From an uncultured bacterium (GTDB lineage Bacteria; Gemmatimonadota; Gemmatimonadetes; Gemmatimonadales; Gemmatimonadaceae), in assembly GCA_963978095.1 (NCBI GenBank), contig CAXBQP010000065.1, forward strand, positions 1-14,277: a stretch of DNA of 14,277 nt. The letters run 5' to 3'. Shown here in pieces: positions 9,042-14,277 of this stretch. Each line of letters starts with the position of its first letter. The stretch's first letter is position 1. The notes beneath the pieces were generated by a model. It did not search any database. It was not told where the DNA came from and saw nothing but the letters and a program-made list of their open reading frames with translations. The position numbers and the translations under genes were made by a program.

Positions 9042-10210
9042 TTCCCACGCGCTTCACCGAGGACGGACGTACGGCAATCGCCCGGGAGCGTCGTGGTGTC
9101 GCGATGGGCATGGTGATCATGTTCCTGTTCGTATTGACCGCGGCGCTGGCGGCCGGATTCGCGGTGAATCTCGGGGAGCGACGTGCCGACGATGCGGCGC
9201 GGCAGGCGGCGCAGACCCTCGCGATCGCCGAGGGCGGGTTGGAGCGGGCGTTGGTCGATCGGGCTGCGCTCGGCTTCACCGCGACGCCGCCCGCTGCCGC
9301 GGAGTCGACCCGGGTGACCTTCACCGGCGGGTACTACGACGTCACCGTGACCCGTATCCGACCCGCGGTCGGAAACGCACCGGCCCTGTATGTCGTGCGG
9401 TCGCATGCGGTTCGGACCAAAAGCGGGACCGGCGGCGAGCGCAACTCCGAGCAAACCGTGAGTCAGCTGGTCACCTGGCAGACCGGCTCGATGACCGTGA
9501 GCTCGGCGTGGACCAGTTTGACCGGCATTTCGAAGAATGGTTCGTCAGGAACGATCTCCGGTGTCGATGGCTGTGGCGCCAAGGCATCGCTCCCAGCCGT
9601 CTCGGTCCCGGCCGTGCCCGGTTATTCGCAGAGCGGCGGAAGCATCAGTTCCGTGCTGTCGGGCGCCACGCCGCTGGTCGACACCACCAAGGGGCACACC
9701 GCGACGGCCATGGCACCGAACGTGAACATCGACTGGGCGGGCATCGCCAAGGGAACGTCGATCACGGCCACCGTCAACTATCCCACGCAGTCGTTCCCGA
9801 CGACCGCGCAAATGTCCGACACCACGTATTGGCCCATCATCGTGGTCAACAACGGGCCAACGGGAAATGCGAACTTCGCGAGTGGTCAGAGTGGCACGAC
9901 CTTCGATCTTCCTCGGCAGGGGCACGGTCTGCTCATCATCCTGGGGGACCTGACCATCAGCGGGTCGGATATGTGGTCCGGGATCGTGCTGGTCGGGGGA
10001 ACCGTGACCTCCAACGGCAACAACTCGGTCAATGGGTCAGTCGTGAGCGGCCTCAACACCAAGTTCGGCATCTCGGTCGGCGTCGAGGCCATCGGGAACG
10101 GGAACAAGCACTTCCAGTACAATTCGTGCAGTGTCGCCCTGGCGACCGGTGCGCTCGGGGCGCTCCGCCCCTATGGCAATACCTGGAGCAGCAGCTGGCC
10201 CACATTCTAG
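9038..10210 (+). CDS. PilX/GspK-like minor pilin with Gly/Ser/Asn-rich C-terminal beta-rich domain, 390 aa
   Basis: GTGA overlap with the previous stop. ARERRG|VAMGMVIMFLFVLTAA lacks E+5, as is characteristic of PilX/GspK. AQTLAIAEGGLERA is the PilX N-terminal motif. The C-terminal GLLIILGDLTISG...GIVLVGGTVTSNGNNSVNGSVVSG region is repeat-like. Confidence 0.85.
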   Translation: MIPTRFTEDGRTAIARERRGVAMGMVIMFLFVLTAALAAGFAVNLGERRADDAARQAAQTLAIAEGGLERALVDRAALGFTATPPAAAESTRVTFTGGYYDVTVTRIRPAVGNAPALYVVRSHAVRTKSGTGGERNSEQTVSQLVTWQTGSMTVSSAWTSLTGISKNGSSGTISGVDGCGAKASLPAVSVPAVPGYSQSGGSISSVLSGATPLVDTTKGHTATAMAPNVNIDWAGIAKGTSITATVNYPTQSFPTTAQMSDTTYWPIIVVNNGPTGNANFASGQSGTTFDLPRQGHGLLIILGDLTISGSDMWSGIVLVGGTVTSNGNNSVNGSVVSGLNTKFGISVGVEAIGNGNKHFQYNSCSVALATGALGALRPYGNTWSSSWPTF

Positions 10211-10239
10211 CGCCTGCGTCCCGTGGCTAGATTTCCCGC
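10205..10239 (+). promoter_or_regulatory. Putative leaderless promoter for mrp
   Basis: TTCTAG (10205-10210), 17 nt, TAGATT (10228-10233), 6 nt, then ATG 10240. No SD is present. Confidence 0.5.
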
Positions 10240-11352
10240 ATGACCGAGTCTCTTCCCGCGCGTGTCGAAGCCGCGCTTGCGACCATCGTCAACTCCCGAA
10301 CCGGCGCCGATCTCGTCGCTGGCGGCCAGGTCCGCGATGTTGCCACCACCACCGACGGCAAGGTGCGTTTCACGTTGCTGCTCGCGGCCGTGGACGAGGC
10401 CACGCTGGCCCGTGCGGCGCGTCAGATCGTGGAGCATGTCCCGGGCGTCACCGGCGTGCAGGTCGACGTGAAGGACGCGTCAGAGTTCGCGGCGCAGCGT
10501 GCGGCGTCGACGGTGGCGAACGCCGCCACCGCGGCGGCCGGCAAGGGGCGCGCGCTCCCGGTGATGGACGCCGCGCCGGCCCAGGCGCGCAGCAGCGCGC
10601 CCACGCCGGTGTCGTATCCCAACCTTGGCAAGATCATCGCCGTGTCGTCCGGCAAGGGCGGGGTGGGCAAGTCGACCGCGACGGTCAATCTCGCCTGCGC
10701 ATTGGCGAAGATGGGAAAGAAAGTCGGCCTCATGGACGCGGACATCTACGGGCCGAACATCCCGCGCATGATGGGGGTGAGCTCCGCCCCTCCGGTGGAC
10801 GACGAGAAGATCATCCCGCTCGAGGCGCATGGGGTGAAGCTCATCTCCATCGGCTTCCTGATCGAGCGTGATCAGCCGGCGATCTGGCGCGGACCGATCG
10901 TGATGAAGATCATCACGCAGTTCCTGCGTGATGTGGCCTGGGGAAAGCTCGACTATTTCTTCGTGGACATGCCCCCGGGCACCGGCGATGCGCAGCTGTC
11001 GCTCGTTCAGGCCACGCAGGTCAGTGGCGCGGTGATCGTCACCACGCCGCAGGAGGTGGCGGTCGGCGACGCGCTCCGCGGGGCCAAGATGTTCGAGCGC
11101 GTCGGCGTGCCGGTGCTCGGCATCGTCGAGAACATGAGCTACTTCGAGAGCCCGGAGACGGGCAAGCCGATCGCCCTGTTCGGGTCCGGCGGCGGCCATC
11201 GGCTCGCGACCGAGCTCGGGGTGCCGCTGCTCGGTGAAGTACCGCTGTATCCACCGGTGATGGAAGGAGGGGACGGTGGCACGCCGATCGTGCTCGCCGA
11301 TCCCACCTGCTCGGCGGCACGCAAGCTGACCGCGATCGCGGAAAAGCTCTAG
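10240..11352 (+). CDS. mrp: Mrp/ApbC/NBP35 family P-loop ATPase with N-terminal DUF59-like domain; lacks the CXXC motif
   Basis: IIAVSSGKGGVGKST (deviant Walker A), DADIYGPNIP, IWRGP, WGKLDYFFVDMPPGTGD, VTTPQ and GIVENMSYF. Confidence 0.93.
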   Translation: MTESLPARVEAALATIVNSRTGADLVAGGQVRDVATTTDGKVRFTLLLAAVDEATLARAARQIVEHVPGVTGVQVDVKDASEFAAQRAASTVANAATAAAGKGRALPVMDAAPAQARSSAPTPVSYPNLGKIIAVSSGKGGVGKSTATVNLACALAKMGKKVGLMDADIYGPNIPRMMGVSSAPPVDDEKIIPLEAHGVKLISIGFLIERDQPAIWRGPIVMKIITQFLRDVAWGKLDYFFVDMPPGTGDAQLSLVQATQVSGAVIVTTPQEVAVGDALRGAKMFERVGVPVLGIVENMSYFESPETGKPIALFGSGGGHRLATELGVPLLGEVPLYPPVMEGGDGGTPIVLADPTCSAARKLTAIAEKL

Positions 11353-11451
11353 CAACAATCAGGGCCCGTGCCGAGAAACCGTTCGGCTGGGAAATACGAG
11401 GTGATGGCTGTCCGCCCCCGACCCGGGGCTCTTCTCTTCAACCCTTTCGAC

Positions 11452-13185
11452 ATGCACTCGCACATTCTCGGTCGTTCGGCGCGCCTCGCGCTCGCCTCAG
11501 CGCTCCTCCCCGCGGCGCTGCTCGCGCAGACGAAAGAACTCCCGCTCAAGTACGTCGGCCCGGCCACCAAGCCGGAGATCAGCGCCGGCGATCTGATGAC
11601 CCGTTTGTACAAGTTCGCCGACGACTCCATGATGGGGCGCCAGGTGGGTACCGAGTGGAACATCAAGGGTACGGCGTACATCGAGGCCGAAGTTCGCAAG
11701 ATGGGGCTCAAGCCCGCCGGAGATAACGGCACCTACTTCCAGAATCTGCCGCTCTACCTGCGCGCACTCGACACGACCTCCACGCTCGTCGTGGACGGCA
11801 AGACGTTCAAGGCGGGCACCGATTTCATGGCCGGCTCGGTGGGCCGCAAGGTGACGCAGTTCACCAACACGGCGGTCGTCTACATCGGGATGCAGTTCGA
11901 CACGGCCAACGTCCCCACGGCGGAGATGGTCAAGGGGAAAGTCGTGATGCTGCGCGGCTTCCAGCCCGGCCCCGGGTTCAATCAGGGGGCGCTCATGGCA
12001 TCCGCGGCTTTCAAGGCGTGGCAGGCGGTGCTGCCGCAGGCCGCTGCGACCATCACGATCGGTGGCGCGACCATCCCGCCTCAGACCGTGGCGGCCGCCA
12101 TCAATCCGACGCGCCCCAGCTTCCTGGCCGACGCCGAGGCGCCGGTTCGCATGCAACTCACCCCGAAGGTCGCCGAAGCGATCCTCGGTGGCCCCGTGGC
12201 CGACGCGAAGGTCGGCACGATCGGCAAGCCGATCACCACGAACGTCCGATTCACGGACACGTTCAAGGAACTCGGCCGCAACGTCGTCGCGATTCTCCCC
12301 GGCACCGACCCGAAGTTGAAGGGGCAGTACGTCGCCATCGGCGCGCACAACGATCACGTGGGCTTCCGTCCGAACCGCCCGGTGGATCACGACTCGGTCA
12401 AGGCGTTCATGCAGATCGTGCGCCCGCAGGGTGCCGACAATGCGCCGACGCAGCCGACCGCGGAACAGACCGCACAGGTGAAGGCGCTGACCGACAGCCT
12501 GCGCAAGTTGCACGGTGGAGCGCGCGCGGACTCGATCTTCAATGGCGCTGATGATGACGGCTCCGGCTCCGTCTCCGTCATGGAGATCGCCGAAGCCTTC
12601 GCCAAGACCGGCGTGAAGCCGAAGCGCTCGATCATTTTCGTCTGGCACGCCGGCGAAGAGGCCGGGCTTTGGGGCTCACAGTACTTCACCGACAACCCGA
12701 CGGTGCCGCGTGACTCGATCGTCGCGCAGCTCAACATGGACATGGTCGGCCGCGGTCGCGCCACCGACGCCACGGGCGAGGCCAAGGATGGCTCTCTCCT
12801 GCATGGCGGCAAAGGCTACCTGCAGCTCGTGGGTTCGCGCCGTCTCTCGTCCGAACTCGGTGACCTGGTGGAAGCCGTGAACAAGGCCGAGAAGCTCGGG
12901 TTCGTGTTCGATTACAACATCGACGCCGATGGCCACCCGCAGAACATCTACTGCCGCTCGGACCACTACGAATACGCGCGCTACGGCATCCCGGTGGTGT
13001 TCATGACCACCGGCGGTCATGCCGATTATCACCAGGTGACGGATGAGCCGCAGTACATCGACTACGACCACATGGCCGACGTCAGCCGTCTCGTGATGGC
13101 GAGCGCCATGAAGATCGCGAACCTCGACCACCGGATCGTGGTCGACAAGCCGAAGCCGAATCCCAAGGGCGCCTGCGTACAGTAG
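11452..13185 (+). CDS. Secreted M28 family Zn peptidase with probable PA domain, 577 aa
   Basis: Sec signal MHSHILGRSARLALASALLPAALLA|Q. Motifs DDSMMGR, NVVAILPG, GAHNDH, NGADDDGSG, AGEEAGLWGS, NMDMVG, RSDH and DYHQVTDE. A KGKVV PA-like insert is present. Confidence 0.92.
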   Translation: MHSHILGRSARLALASALLPAALLAQTKELPLKYVGPATKPEISAGDLMTRLYKFADDSMMGRQVGTEWNIKGTAYIEAEVRKMGLKPAGDNGTYFQNLPLYLRALDTTSTLVVDGKTFKAGTDFMAGSVGRKVTQFTNTAVVYIGMQFDTANVPTAEMVKGKVVMLRGFQPGPGFNQGALMASAAFKAWQAVLPQAAATITIGGATIPPQTVAAAINPTRPSFLADAEAPVRMQLTPKVAEAILGGPVADAKVGTIGKPITTNVRFTDTFKELGRNVVAILPGTDPKLKGQYVAIGAHNDHVGFRPNRPVDHDSVKAFMQIVRPQGADNAPTQPTAEQTAQVKALTDSLRKLHGGARADSIFNGADDDGSGSVSVMEIAEAFAKTGVKPKRSIIFVWHAGEEAGLWGSQYFTDNPTVPRDSIVAQLNMDMVGRGRATDATGEAKDGSLLHGGKGYLQLVGSRRLSSELGDLVEAVNKAEKLGFVFDYNIDADGHPQNIYCRSDHYEYARYGIPVVFMTTGGHADYHQVTDEPQYIDYDHMADVSRLVMASAMKIANLDHRIVVDKPKPNPKGACVQ

Positions 13186-13206
13186 GGCGTCCACCTCGTG
13201 CCCTGC

Positions 13207-13243
13207 ACAATCGCCCGCCGGACATGGTCCGGCGGGCGATTGT
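13207..13243. terminator. Perfect inverted repeat between convergent genes (likely bidirectional terminator)
   Basis: ACAATCGCCCGCCGGAC (13207-13223), loop ATG, GTCCGGCGGGCGATTGT (13227-13243): a perfect 17-bp stem ending in ATTGT on both strands. Confidence 0.8.
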
Positions 13244-13271
13244 CCGTCAGGGGCTCCCGGCGGGCGTGCGG

Positions 13272-14123
13272 CTACTTCGTGTCGCGCGTGATGCTGACGC
13301 TTCCCATGGCGCCGTGGAGTTTCAGGCGAATCTTGCGCGTCGAGCTGTCGTAGTTGTTCGAATACCAATCGGTGCCGCGCTTGCTGAAGCCGGACTTGTC
13401 GAAGTCCACGAGGAGCGCGTTCGAGTCGACGACGATCCCGACGTCAGTCGGCAGGCGGAGCACGAGTTTTCCCATGGCCACGTTGGCGGACATCGCGATC
13501 TCGCGTGTCCACACGCCGCCGAGGTCGATGTCGAGCGAGCCGACACCGAGGTTCACGTCGATGCGATCGGTGTTGGCGTTCCCCGCCTGTACGAGTGTGA
13601 GGTTCGCCGCCCCGGCGTCGATCGTGAGGGCGTGCATCCGTTCGCGGTTCGGCTGATCCCAACGCGCGGAGACATCGGCGGCGCCCGCCTTGAGTCGGAG
13701 TCCGGCCACTCGAAGTCCACCGAGTTGCAGATCGCCTGCGACGGCTCCGAGCTCGAGGGAGAGTTGAAGCGGCGGTATGGTGGAGAGCTCGGTGTGCAGC
13801 ACCCCGCCATCGGCATCACCGTGATGCGGGGATCCCTTCAGGAACTTCACGCCAAGGTGCAAGGCATGGCTGGCGGCATCCCAGGTCGCGACGGGTTCGC
13901 CATACTCGGCGTCGTACCGCAGCGACATGTTGTAGAGCGCGCTCGCTCCTGATGCGGGACGCACCGTGAGCTTGCCGGCCGCATAGGTGATGCGCACGTC
14001 GACCCCGGTCGTCGAATCCTTGAGCTGACGCGACGCGTCGAGCGTGCGCCAATGCTGGGCGTTGAGCGGTGACGCACACGCGAGGATCGCGGCAGCGAGG
14101 GGCAGCGCCCGGCAGGTCATCAT
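13272..14123 (-). CDS. Secreted or periplasmic beta-repeat protein, LiaF-C/DUF2154 / toast-rack-like, 283 aa
   Basis: AGGA SD before ATG 14123. Signal peptide MMTCRALPLAAAILACASPLNA|Q. Repeated beta-strand units LELGAVAGDLQL, LKAGAADVSA, IDAGAANLTL, VNLGVGSLDIDL, NVAMGKLVLRLP and LHGAMGSVSI. The family was assigned by pattern recognition only. Confidence 0.7.
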   Translation of the reverse strand: MMTCRALPLAAAILACASPLNAQHWRTLDASRQLKDSTTGVDVRITYAAGKLTVRPASGASALYNMSLRYDAEYGEPVATWDAASHALHLGVKFLKGSPHHGDADGGVLHTELSTIPPLQLSLELGAVAGDLQLGGLRVAGLRLKAGAADVSARWDQPNRERMHALTIDAGAANLTLVQAGNANTDRIDVNLGVGSLDIDLGGVWTREIAMSANVAMGKLVLRLPTDVGIVVDSNALLVDFDKSGFSKRGTDWYSNNYDSSTRKIRLKLHGAMGSVSITRDTK

Positions 14124-14275
14124 GGAGTTCCTGTGCGTGTGGGTGATGACGAGCGTCGCGCCGCGGCAACCCCCGCGACCGGTGTCGGCGTGGCCCACCC
14201 GGTGGAAGTCGTCGTTCCCGCGTCCGATCGCGTGGCAGGTCTCGCACCGCCGCGCGACATGAGGGCGGCGCCCAA
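14120..14275 (-). CDS. 3' end of an upstream gene truncated by the window edge (hypothetical, possibly membrane protein)
   Basis: Open frame LGAALMSRGGARPATRSDAGTTTSTGWATPTPVAGVAAARRSSSPTRTGTP* whose TGA (14122-14120) overlaps the next ATG as ATGA, the same coupling seen elsewhere in the window. It is not in the ORF track because it is short. Confidence 0.55.
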   Translation of the reverse strand: MGAALMSRGGARPATRSDAGTTTSTGWATPTPVAGVAAARRSSSPTRTGTP

Positions 14276-14277
14276 CC

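Noticed and set aside
13207..13243. Perfect inverted repeat as a MITE, REP element or transposon end
   Set aside because: It is a single copy in the window with no target-site duplication or transposase. Its position between convergent genes fits a terminator.
14232..14246. CETCH (CXXCH heme-binding-like) motif on the minus strand, in frame with the 13272-14123 gene
   Set aside because: It lies upstream of the SD and signal-peptide start at 14123, and a different frame ending in an ATGA overlap explains the region better. It is probably chance, though the window edge prevents full exclusion.

Overview
High-GC bacterial contig end. Gene content and style resemble Gemmatimonadota, but this is inference and was not verified. 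Bases 1-32 are an Illumina TruSeq adapter remnant, not genome. The plus strand carries, in order: (1) a peptidoglycan-remodelling cluster made of a 5'-truncated, catalytically degenerate YkuD-like protein, a translationally coupled intact L,D-transpeptidase, and an M15-family Zn peptidase with an inserted EF-hand-like loop; (2) a small DUF2281-like protein and guaB; (3) an APC amino acid permease with an intrinsic terminator; (4) a DHH/DHHA1 NrnA-like phosphoesterase; (5) a four-gene overlapping minor pilin/pseudopilin cassette (FimT/PilV/PilW/PilX-like); (6) an Mrp/ApbC-family ATPase lacking the Fe-S-binding CXXC motif; (7) a secreted M28 peptidase. A perfect 17-bp hairpin separates these from a convergent minus-strand secreted LiaF/toast-rack-like beta-repeat protein and the 3' end of its upstream neighbour. 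No rRNA, tRNA, CRISPR array or mobile element was seen. The most interesting signals are the pseudo-LDT + LDT + M15 module, the cysteine-motif-less Mrp, and the stand-alone, apparently leaderless minor-pilin cassette.
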